20,000 nucleotides of DNA from an uncultured virus (IMG/VR IMGVR_UViG_3300023176_003360) (taxonomy: Duplodnaviria > Heunggongvirae > Uroviricota > Caudoviricetes): IMG/VR virus record IMGVR_UViG_3300023176_003360; one strand, written 5' to 3'. The notes beneath the pieces are model-generated. The model had not been told where the DNA came from and did no database searches. It worked only from the letters and a program-made list of their open reading frames with translations. The translations under genes and the position numbers were made by a program. Of the stretch, positions 1-8,292 are shown piece after piece (within the stretch, counting starts at the first letter, position 1; the number at the start of each line of letters is the position of its first letter).

Positions 1-1813
1 CTGGAGTGCTTTTGCCTTTAGGTTGTAAGTTGTCTAAGAACAAGTAGAAGAAATCGTCTTTAGTACGTTTATATGTTTCGTTACCAATAATACATAACAT
101 ACCGTATGCTTTACAACGTGCTTCAAGACGAGCCGCTACACTAACCATATCACCTAAGATATCGTAACTGTGTCTTGCACTTGATCCCATCTCACCAATA
201 AATCCTTTACCCGAGTTTACACCAAATCCCATAGCGGCTGGTGGTAAACCTTTTGCTTCTGCTTCCTTAGTATAAGCATCAACAGCGTCTAACATTTTTA
301 ATCCTACTTCAACAATAGTGTGTGCGTGATTAGGATCATCGATAGGAGCACCATGTATGTGCATACTTGCGTCACCTACATATTTGATAACCATACCGTT
401 CTTTTCAAGAATAGGTTTAGTAATACTATCCATATAGCCATTCATATAATCGCCTAAGCCTTTTACGTCATCGCCATAGTGATCACCAATTGGAGTAAAG
501 CCACGCAAGTCACTAAACATAACACTCACGTCTTTCTTAACACCCTTCTTGATTAGATCTGGATCTTCCTGTAGCATTTTAACAACTTCTGGAGAGCAGT
601 ATCCTGCGAACTGTTTTTTGATTGCTTGCTTCTCTAAAAACTCACGCACAAATTTTATACCATAAACTTGAAGTGCGATTAATACCAAAGTGATAACTGG
701 TGCTGTAACATCTACTAGTAGTTTTTCAGTTTGGAAAAGATACATCGAAGCAGGTATGGTTCCTCCAATTAGAACAACTGTTGCACCTAGTCCAACCAAC
801 ATCCATCTGCTGAGTAATATCAGCAATAATCCGCCTGCTAAGAGCCCTAAGACTTCGTATAACGCTATCTCTGCAGGTCTTTGTATGTTTGTACCATTAA
901 TCATAGTTCCAAGCATAGCGGCTTGTACAGTGCCCGCAAATTCGCCACCTGTTGCTGTTGCTACCGGATTGGCTACACCTCTTGCTGTAACATCTACAAT
1001 TACAATTTTACCTTCCAAACTGTCTGGCAAATTGGATACACTTACTGTTTCATTTTTCTGTGCCCAATCTATCCAAGTGCGGCCTTCTGAATCAACAGGA
1101 ATATAATAAAACTCTCTTGTGCGGAAATCTTTTAACATACGGAACATTGTAACACCATAAGGCGATATTTGTACGTCTATGCTTTTGGCGTTTGAATCTA
1201 CCCTTAGTGCTTCAAGTGCTAAACTTGGAAAAACAAAACCTTCAAAAGGTTGTATGATAGCAATATTTGGAATACGTCTTACTACACCATCTACTTCTGG
1301 TTCCACTCCAACAATACCACTACCAGCGGCATTGTCTTCTACTTCTGGTATGTTATTGATTAGTCCTGGATAGGCTTGTAGTATTCCTGCGTTTTCTACA
1401 CCTACCACGTTTACCTTTGGAGCCAATGGAGGATTGACTACTGTAAAGTCCGGACGTAACGGAACAACCACACGGTGTTTGCTCATTGTTTCTGCTAGAG
1501 CATCATCCTTGCCAAAACGATCTGTTTCTGGCATCATGACATTGAATACTATGGTTGATGCTTTTTTGTCTGCTATGCTTTGTATGATTTCAGCATATAA
1601 ATCTCTTGGGAAAGGATACTGTCCATACTTTTGTAATGTAGCATCATCAATTTCTGCGACAACAATATTATTTTGTACAGGTTCTTGATTAACAATTAAA
1701 CTGTCAAAATAACGAAGTTTGATGCTTTCGATAAAAGCAGGATTTTGTAAGAATGTGTAGGCTAAAAAGCCAAGTGTGATCAGTGCCCACCAAGGCGATA
1801 ATAATTTTTTCAT
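1..1813 (-). CDS. CHASE2-domain membrane-bound class III adenylate cyclase (3' end runs off the window; absent from the ORF track)
   Basis: Manual translation from ATG at 1813 gives MKKLLSPWWALITLGFLAY..., CHASE2 motifs (IDDATLQKYGQYPFPR, EVDGVVRRIP), about 3 TM helices, then cyclase motifs VMFSDLRGFT, IKYVGDA, GFGVNSG and YDILGDMVSVAARLE. The frame is open to position 2. Confidence 0.93.
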   Translation of the reverse strand, partial: MKKLLSPWWALITLGFLAYTFLQNPAFIESIKLRYFDSLIVNQEPVQNNIVVAEIDDATLQKYGQYPFPRDLYAEIIQSIADKKASTIVFNVMMPETDRFGKDDALAETMSKHRVVVPLRPDFTVVNPPLAPKVNVVGVENAGILQAYPGLINNIPEVEDNAAGSGIVGVEPEVDGVVRRIPNIAIIQPFEGFVFPSLALEALRVDSNAKSIDVQISPYGVTMFRMLKDFRTREFYYIPVDSEGRTWIDWAQKNETVSVSNLPDSLEGKIVIVDVTARGVANPVATATGGEFAGTVQAAMLGTMINGTNIQRPAEIALYEVLGLLAGGLLLILLSRWMLVGLGATVVLIGGTIPASMYLFQTEKLLVDVTAPVITLVLIALQVYGIKFVREFLEKQAIKKQFAGYCSPEVVKMLQEDPDLIKKGVKKDVSVMFSDLRGFTPIGDHYGDDVKGLGDYMNGYMDSITKPILEKNGMVIKYVGDASMHIHGAPIDDPNHAHTIVEVGLKMLDAVDAYTKEAEAKGLPPAAMGFGVNSGKGFIGEMGSSARHSYDILGDMVSVAARLEARCKAYGMLCIIGNETYKRTKDDFFYLFLDNLQPKGKSTP

Positions 1814-1825
1814 ACTGGTATTTAA

Positions 1826-1901
1826 TCAAAAAGAAAGGATAGGTGCTACAGTTCTGTCAACTTAGTGAGGGTTTTCAGAAACTGGTGTGTAGCACCTATC
1901 C
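1826..1901 (-). terminator. Long intrinsic terminator hairpin after the 633-aa gene; carries an antisense copy of that gene's RBS region
   Basis: 14-bp perfect stem GGATAGGTGCTACA (1837-1850 / 1888-1901), an inner stem, then TTTCTTTTT on the minus strand. Confidence 0.85.
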
Positions 1902-3840
1902 CTATTGTAGTTATTAGAATTTAATTACGAGTCCCGCAGAAATGGCGTTTGTATTGCCTAGATCTGTCATGCTTCTTGTTGCTCCAACTCTCCAAGTAAC
2001 TTTGTCTGTTTGTTTTTCAATACCAAGTGAAATATCATTTGTACCATCTGTGTGATGTAGTGCTGTAAAGTCAACCAGTCCTAGATCTCCACGCAATCCT
2101 ACAGTACCATAACCGTACATTTCGCTTGTAGCATCTACTGTTCTAGCACTTTGTATCGAACCTGCTTCTGTATAACCATCCACAGACCTTTTGCCACGTG
2201 TGTAACCGATCACAGGATTAACTTTTCCTGTGTCTGGTGAATACATGATTCTAGCACTGGTATCTTTACCTTTGGTTTCACTACCATTAGCAAAGTCACC
2301 GATTGTTCTTGAAACTGTGTAGTCAGTCATTGCGTGTCTAATTTCCAATGAAACATTGTTCTTTTCAACACCAAGGCCGATCATGTCAGTGTCTGCTTTT
2401 ACAGTGTCATTGTTGCCTGATAAGTCAGCACCTAATCTTATAAAACCACCTGACACTGTTACACCGTTTTCTAGTTCTTTTGAACCTCCTACTACAGCAC
2501 CTGTTGTTTTACCTGTCATGCCGTTTTTCATTTTGTGATCCATTCTTATACCTTGAATGTTGTCAAAGTCTAGATTTCTAAGTGTGCTTGAAACTGCGTC
2601 CTGTACAGTTGCAATTTGATCAACACGCCCTGTAAACGAACCCGGATCACTTACAGTTGTTACTGCAACACTGTCAGTTGATGTTCTTGCAGTTTCTACA
2701 CCGTCTGTATATGTAATAATTTCCATTGGTGTTGTAACAATAGTTGTAGTTTCTCTATCGATAGTTTGTACAGTTGTGGTTTCACTTGCATCATGTGTAG
2801 TTTGTGTTTGTGTAAGCACAGGTAAGTCTGTGTCTACAACAGGGTCACTGTATGTAATGACTGGTTCGCTCGCTCCGTCTGCCGCATCAGTTGCCGAACC
2901 TACATCTTCAAATTCACCAGTTAAGATGTCTGCACCACCGCCTGCGCCACCTTCAATTGCATCATCAGCCGCGGCAAACGCACTAGGCCCAAAGATGTAA
3001 GCATAACTTGCTGTTAAGATATCACCACTCGATACTGAACTCCAGTGCCAACTTAAACCAATAGTGTTATCGCCTGTGTTGGTTAAACTGCCGTCACCAT
3101 CTACAGTGTTTTCAGTATAACCATCTGCTTCACTGCTCCATCTACTTATACCTGCATCAACATTAGAATCTGTCGAGTACAAACCTAGTGCATAACGACT
3201 CACAGTTGCTTCTGAGAACGCAACGTTTGAATCTGGAATAGCACCGTAGCCAAGCACGTTGTCAGTTGCCGAACTATCGCCATCTGCCGCTCTAGCATCT
3301 GGATCGATAAAGCGTCCAAAGTAAACATCAGTAGCCGCTGTACCCATTGTGATTTGTGAACTAATGTCAATGTAAGGACTAGTTGCTCCTAGGCTATAGG
3401 TATTAGTAATATCAAAAATACTATCAACACCGCCCGTCCAACTTAGAGTGTTATCTCCGTTAGTAAGTCCATTACCGTCACCTGCGATAGCAGTTCCGCC
3501 ACCGTTGTTGTTTGTATAGTTTGTGCCATCAATCTTAACACTAAATCCGTCAAATGGTGATCCCGGTGTTAGATAGTCGTATGCTGTATTAAATGTTCCT
3601 GTTCCTGTGCTGTCAAACAGCAACCCTGGTGATGTATTGCCACCAGAACCAAAAGTACCTGTTGTACCATTTACACCTGCACGAACATAATCGTTTTCAA
3701 GTATGCCCATACCTGTTACGCTTGAATTCATGCTTGATGTGTCAGCAATGGCTACAGATAATGCCCCTGCCATTAGAGATACCGAGACGATGCCCGTTAT
3801 AAAAAGTTTTTTCATGTTGTACCCTCACTAAGTTGACAGA
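1853..3840. repeat. 20-bp perfect inverted repeat flanking the 633-aa gene (arms 1853-1872 and 3821-3840)
   Basis: TCTGTCAACTTAGTGAGGGT at 1853-1872 is the exact reverse complement of ACCCTCACTAAGTTGACAGA at 3821-3840. Confidence 0.97.
1914..3815 (-). CDS. Secreted/outer-membrane protein with Gly/Thr/Asp-rich passenger and C-terminal autotransporter-like beta-barrel
   Basis: Sec signal peptide (…SVAIA-D), beta-rich passenger, Thr-rich linker, amphipathic beta-strands and a terminal BAM-type motif AGLVIKF. SD GAGGG. Confidence 0.75.
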   Translation of the reverse strand: MKKLFITGIVSVSLMAGALSVAIADTSSMNSSVTGMGILENDYVRAGVNGTTGTFGSGGNTSPGLLFDSTGTGTFNTAYDYLTPGSPFDGFSVKIDGTNYTNNNGGGTAIAGDGNGLTNGDNTLSWTGGVDSIFDITNTYSLGATSPYIDISSQITMGTAATDVYFGRFIDPDARAADGDSSATDNVLGYGAIPDSNVAFSEATVSRYALGLYSTDSNVDAGISRWSSEADGYTENTVDGDGSLTNTGDNTIGLSWHWSSVSSGDILTASYAYIFGPSAFAAADDAIEGGAGGGADILTGEFEDVGSATDAADGASEPVITYSDPVVDTDLPVLTQTQTTHDASETTTVQTIDRETTTIVTTPMEIITYTDGVETARTSTDSVAVTTVSDPGSFTGRVDQIATVQDAVSSTLRNLDFDNIQGIRMDHKMKNGMTGKTTGAVVGGSKELENGVTVSGGFIRLGADLSGNNDTVKADTDMIGLGVEKNNVSLEIRHAMTDYTVSRTIGDFANGSETKGKDTSARIMYSPDTGKVNPVIGYTRGKRSVDGYTEAGSIQSARTVDATSEMYGYGTVGLRGDLGLVDFTALHHTDGTNDISLGIEKQTDKVTWRVGATRSMTDLGNTNAISAGLVIKF

Positions 3841-3894
3841 TCCTCTTCTGTCTATATTATTTAAATCTTTTTGTTGTATATTAATCAGACAGTA

Positions 3895-4326
3895 TTAATG
3901 TAGATCTCTGTTGTCCCAAGGTGCTGTTTCATAGCAACCTGCTGGTATAGTATCCTTGTAGTTTACCCAAGCACGGTATCCGCCCTCGCCATCAAATTCA
4001 ATGCCTGAACTTTCAAACGGTTGTACCCTCGGTTTACCCCAACACTTATTGTTGCTTTGCCCTGGATATCTATAACGTGGATTGTGTTTTAGGAAGTCAC
4101 GCATTTCTGCGTATTCCTTTTTCATTTCTCCAACCTTCCATTGCGAATAACAAGCACTGGCTTTTGTCCAATCAACACTATTAACATCAGATCCTGTTCT
4201 GTAATGCTGAACACAATCTTTTATCATTTTGTTGTTTAGGTTTTCTTCTGCTTGTGCTGTTGTTACCCATAACCACGACAGTGCCGCCGCGGTGAGTAAT
4301 CCGAATCCTATTATCCAATCTTTCAT
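3895..4326 (-). CDS. Hypothetical secreted protein, 143 aa, 4 Cys
   Basis: RBS AGGAGCGAG, signal peptide ending AQA, co-oriented within the cluster. Confidence 0.8.
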   Translation of the reverse strand: MKDWIIGFGLLTAAALSWLWVTTAQAEENLNNKMIKDCVQHYRTGSDVNSVDWTKASACYSQWKVGEMKKEYAEMRDFLKHNPRYRYPGQSNNKCWGKPRVQPFESSGIEFDGEGGYRAWVNYKDTIPAGCYETAPWDNRDLH

Positions 4327-4338
4327 TTTCTCGCTCCT

Positions 4339-5649
4339 CTAATCGTCTTGGATGACTGTTAATGAACAGCCTGCGGCAACGTAACACGTACCGCTTGTGG
4401 TGCTACCATCGCTCATCGAATGTGGTAGACTGTATTCTTTGTCTGTAGTGCCTTTTTGATTTAAATTAAAATCCCAAGCACCCCCTCCGTTTTCTAACTC
4501 TATAGTTGCGTCATGACTGCCACTACCCTCTTGTACGATTGTAGCATTATGACCGTCACCTATTAGGTCAAGTTGTAGATAGTGCTGTCCACTATCTTTT
4601 TGTATTACATCAACCGTGTTTGAATTACCATCAACACCTATAAATGCTGTTTTGCTTCCACTGCCTGTTTGTAGTAAATCCAGTGTGTTTGAATTACCGT
4701 CAATCACCACATCGCCAAAATGTGTTCCAACACCTGCTGTATCATTTTGATCAATATCAACTGTGTTGCTGTTTCCTACAATAGTAAGTTCTAAGTAATG
4801 TTCAGCATCGTGTTGGTCAATATCTATTACGTTACTGTTACCTGTAACATTGACATGTGCTTCCATACCGTGTGCGGCTGTATCGCTTAGTTTACTAGAA
4901 CGCTTTGTGCTTTGTGCGCCTGTTATACCTGATGAATACACAGGTGTTACACTTGAACTACTAGATGTATACAGGCCTTCTTCTTCTGCCACCGTTGTGA
5001 GGAACACGGTCATATTAGAAGTGTTTTGTATATTGGTTTGAAACTGATCATATCCCATAGCAACTATTATGCTACCACCGTTGGAGCCATAGTCCCATTT
5101 GTACCAAGTGTGCCAACTACTGCCTGAGGAGTTGGATGCCATTGCTGTTCCGCCCGTGGCGTTAAACACTTGCCCTGCTCCTGGTAATACTTCTTGAGAT
5201 GCTGTGGCGTAATCTCCCACTGACATACTATAGTAACACAGATCAGTGCTACAGGTGCCGGTGTGGTAGGACATGGTTCCCACGTTCATCTTGCTTTCAA
5301 TCAGTGTCTCGATGTTGCTCTGTCTGTTGGAGGCTCCTTGTGGTGCGGCTATGATTAGTTTGCCACCACCACTAACATATGAGTCATACACTGAACGACA
5401 GGTGCTACCACAGTTGGAGTTGCCTGCTATGTCAATCACCAGTTCCTTGCCTGACACATCACTTGAACTCACTGTTGTCGAGGTGCTACCCGTAACTGTG
5501 AAACCTAATCCTTCATAATGCGACTTTAGACGACTGTATTCAGCACCAGTGTCTGTTGAGTTATAGTAGATGAATAGATCATTGGCCCACACAGGTGTAG
5601 CAAATAGCAAGAACAATACGCTACTGATTTTGAATAATGTTGATCTCAA
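4339..5649 (-). CDS. Secreted fusion: N-terminal alpha/beta domain plus C-terminal curlin-like repeats
   Basis: Signal peptide (…PVWA-N). Repeats GNSNVIDIDQ, GNSNTVDIDQ, GNSNTLDLLQ, GNSNTVDVIQ. Start is probably TTG 5649 or GTG 5652 behind GGAGG, not ATG 5664. Confidence 0.8.
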   Translation of the reverse strand: MRSTLFKISSVLFLLFATPVWANDLFIYYNSTDTGAEYSRLKSHYEGLGFTVTGSTSTTVSSSDVSGKELVIDIAGNSNCGSTCRSVYDSYVSGGGKLIIAAPQGASNRQSNIETLIESKMNVGTMSYHTGTCSTDLCYYSMSVGDYATASQEVLPGAGQVFNATGGTAMASNSSGSSWHTWYKWDYGSNGGSIIVAMGYDQFQTNIQNTSNMTVFLTTVAEEEGLYTSSSSSVTPVYSSGITGAQSTKRSSKLSDTAAHGMEAHVNVTGNSNVIDIDQHDAEHYLELTIVGNSNTVDIDQNDTAGVGTHFGDVVIDGNSNTLDLLQTGSGSKTAFIGVDGNSNTVDVIQKDSGQHYLQLDLIGDGHNATIVQEGSGSHDATIELENGGGAWDFNLNQKGTTDKEYSLPHSMSDGSTTSGTCYVAAGCSLTVIQDD

Positions 5650-6736
5650 CACTTGATCCTCCATTAATTATTATTTCAGCAGGTACGTTGTCCTGTGTTA
5701 TGTTTAGATTCACATTGCCGTCACGCTCTGTATTAATATCTGCTATGTGTGGAACACGTTCCGAACGAACAAAGACGCCTTGTTCGTTGTAGTAACTTTG
5801 ATTTTTAATCCAAGGATACTTGTTGATTGTAGGAAGTACACCATCAAATTCTTCCATAGCATCACCAAGATCACCTTTGGTTAAGTCTAGCAAGTTATCT
5901 AAGAAATCACCACCATATTGATCTCTATCTAGTTCATTTTTTTCTAATTCGTCATTTGCTAACAGGTCTTTCATTAGTTCGTCAAATTCTAACAAGTCTA
6001 TATCTAAAAAACTTGATGTAGTTTGTTCTTCGTCACTGGTTTGAAATCCTTTTGGAAACTGATAAGGTGGACTAATAATAAGCAGATTGCTCAGTGTTGG
6101 CTTGTCAGTAAGTATTTTTGGTTTTGAAGGACGAGCAAAGGCGCTGGATACGACAGTACTTTCGTAAGGGCGATTCATAATAACGTATCCAGCACCAGTG
6201 CTGACCATGATTTCACCTACGGGGCAATTATTTTCGTCGTCTTTGTTTTCTATAAGACCAAAGTCGGGGCATGAAGGGAGGAGCGTAACCATACTTTGTC
6301 CTATTTCATTTACAACCATTGCGAAGTCAGTACCACGTACTGACACGGTTGCTGTAGGTGTTCTAAGACGAACGTTTTCGGGGTTATTTTTAGCGACACC
6401 ACCACTCGCATAACGCACAGTTCCCATCGCAACAGTCATAGCCAATTTACCCGTTTGAGCATTTGGGTTATAAGCAAATTCGTCGATGATAAACTGTGAT
6501 CCTTCTATCACTGCTACCTTTGTGTTGTCTTCAAAGGTTAGTGCTAGTTTTGTGTTTTTAGTTTCAATAGCATCATTCATTTCAAGGCCCACACCCTTTT
6601 TGGCCGTAAGGGTATCCTTGTCCCGATACAATGAGGCGTCAGGACCTTGTTGCTCTGTGATAGAGCCAATCTCTGCAAAAGCAGAGGTTATGAACAGTAG
6701 ACTACAGACCGTCGCCCTGAGTAATGTTGATCTCAT
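5621..6736 (-). CDS. Periplasmic FecR-domain protein
   Basis: Signal peptide (SAFA-E); FecR-like motifs DAIETK…LTFEDNTKV and RTPTATVSVRGTDF; acidic linker; beta-strand tail. Confidence 0.85.
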   Translation of the reverse strand: MRSTLLRATVCSLLFITSAFAEIGSITEQQGPDASLYRDKDTLTAKKGVGLEMNDAIETKNTKLALTFEDNTKVAVIEGSQFIIDEFAYNPNAQTGKLAMTVAMGTVRYASGGVAKNNPENVRLRTPTATVSVRGTDFAMVVNEIGQSMVTLLPSCPDFGLIENKDDENNCPVGEIMVSTGAGYVIMNRPYESTVVSSAFARPSKPKILTDKPTLSNLLIISPPYQFPKGFQTSDEEQTTSSFLDIDLLEFDELMKDLLANDELEKNELDRDQYGGDFLDNLLDLTKGDLGDAMEEFDGVLPTINKYPWIKNQSYYNEQGVFVRSERVPHIADINTERDGNVNLNITQDNVPAEIIINGGSSVEINIIQNQ

Positions 6737-7385
6737 TGCCTGTACCGTCTATTGTTAGGTCCACTACTCCTGATTCCGTTGTACTATCTTGTGTTATGTT
6801 AACTATGTTGCTGTCACTGCCTGCTGTGGTTCCACCGATGCTTACTTTAACTTCTGTAGTTCCATCAGTACCTGTGATACCGCTTCTGCCAATAGCAATT
6901 TTGTTACTGTCAGATGAGTTAGCAATGTCAATGTCTACGCCAATGTAGTCCTGACTCATATCAGTTCCACACACAGCATCTGTTACACTGCTTGCCGCTG
7001 TTGTTACTGTTCCACAAACATCTACTTTGTTACTAGAACCAACCACGTTTACATCAATTGCTGGGTCACTAACTGAACCTAAATCAATATTAAGTTCGTT
7101 GCTAGAACCATCTTGTACAACATCAATGTCTGGTGCTGTTGTTGATGATCCTGTTTCGATGTCAACGGTGTTGCTTGATCCGTCTTGTGAAATGTCGATA
7201 TCGGCGCTAGATCCGTTAATGGTTGTTCTTTCACTTGAACTACCTACACGGTTTCCATCACCTTGTTGTGTTATGTCAATAGTCGAAGATGAACCTGCTT
7301 GATCAAGATATACATCAGCCGCTTTAGCCGTTGTTACTCCTATCATTAATGTTATCATCGCTATCCAAGTTATCTTGTTTAGCAT
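6702..7385 (-). CDS. Curlin-like (CsgA/CsgB-type) repeat protein
   Basis: Start moved to ATG 7385 behind AAGGAGCGAG. Signal peptide ends AKA. QxGxxNxxxIxQ-type repeats: QAGSSSTIDITQQGDGN, QDGSSNTVDI, QDGSSNELNI. Confidence 0.8.
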   Translation of the reverse strand: MLNKITWIAMITLMIGVTTAKAADVYLDQAGSSSTIDITQQGDGNRVGSSSERTTINGSSADIDISQDGSSNTVDIETGSSTTAPDIDVVQDGSSNELNIDLGSVSDPAIDVNVVGSSNKVDVCGTVTTAASSVTDAVCGTDMSQDYIGVDIDIANSSDSNKIAIGRSGITGTDGTTEVKVSIGGTTAGSDSNIVNITQDSTTESGVVDLTIDGTGNEINITQGDGL

Positions 7386-8292
7386 TTTCTCGCTCCTTTT
7401 GATCTGCCCCTTGCACGACAGACGTTTGTTTAAATTCGAAAGGCTCACTCAATTTCCAGTAACCCTTTCGTTCCCCCTCTTTGATCACTTCTACTACCGC
7501 TTGATCAATTGCCGCCCTCACAGCATAACCAACCGGTTCATTAATAGTGTGACCTGCTTCTATTTCTGCCGCCTGTGTACCCATATCAAAGAATCTAAAG
7601 AACGTAAAACTATTACCTGTGCTTAGTATTGTTTTGGTAGTGCTTACTGTTATTATTACTTCTCCTGTGGTAACTGCGACAACTCGCATACTAACTGTCA
7701 CAACATCTTGTCTATATTGTGTACTAGGACCAATACCTAGGTATCTTGCTCCGGCCCCGCCTGTTAGTATATTGCTATCATAGCCTGTGATGCCTCCCTC
7801 CACTATCATACCTGCCTGCATCAATGGCGGTAGTGGTTTATCCTTACACTGTATCGTATCAGGATTAATGCCCTTCTCTTGGGCTAGTTTTGCTTTTTCT
7901 TTTTCACAAGCATCTTCAGCAAACTGCTGTCTTGCTTGTCTTATAATCTGTCTTTCTTTAGTAAGACTGTCGAGGTTTACACGTTCAACAACTGTGAACC
8001 ACTCGCCTTTTCCTACATCTTGTAGTGCGTTTATCACCCAAGCATCTGCGCCTTGTGTAACTGCGTAACTGATATTACTGAACTTTTCACCTGGTTTACG
8101 CTGTCCTGTTAGATCCTTAAAACTGTAAACAGCAACCACAACTTTTCCACGTTCTGGTTTTGGAACAGCATCAAAGTCGCTTACCATGCTGGGCTCAATT
8201 GCTTTAGGCAGTTCAGGTTTATGTACAGGTTGCATGGTAGCACACCCTGTAACCAAGGCAAGTGTTAATAATAAAGTTGCTATAAGTTTCAT
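7324..8292 (-). CDS. csgG: Curli secretion channel lipoprotein CsgG (CsgG/HfaB family)
   Basis: Lipobox LVTGC; motifs VAVYSFKDLTGQRK, AVTQGA, WFTVVER…LTKERQIIR, EGGITGYDSN, GGAGARYLGIG, YRQDVVTVSMR, NEPV. Confidence 0.95.
   Translation of the reverse strand: MKLIATLLLTLALVTGCATMQPVHKPELPKAIEPSMVSDFDAVPKPERGKVVVAVYSFKDLTGQRKPGEKFSNISYAVTQGADAWVINALQDVGKGEWFTVVERVNLDSLTKERQIIRQARQQFAEDACEKEKAKLAQEKGINPDTIQCKDKPLPPLMQAGMIVEGGITGYDSNILTGGAGARYLGIGPSTQYRQDVVTVSMRVVAVTTGEVIITVSTTKTILSTGNSFTFFRFFDMGTQAAEIEAGHTINEPVGYAVRAAIDQAVVEVIKEGERKGYWKLSEPFEFKQTSVVQGADQKERENAKQDNLDSDDNINDRSNNG

Noticed and set aside
690..1688. Plus-strand ORFs of 64-138 aa in the track
   Set aside because: Antisense shadows of the minus-strand CHASE2 cyclase, which the track omitted because it has no stop codon in the window.
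1853..3840. 20-bp inverted repeat as transposon ends or CRISPR repeat/spacer
   Set aside because: No transposase, recombinase, cas gene or repeat array is present in the window. The arms coincide with the RBS and a terminator loop, which favours RNA pairing; inversion is not fully excluded.
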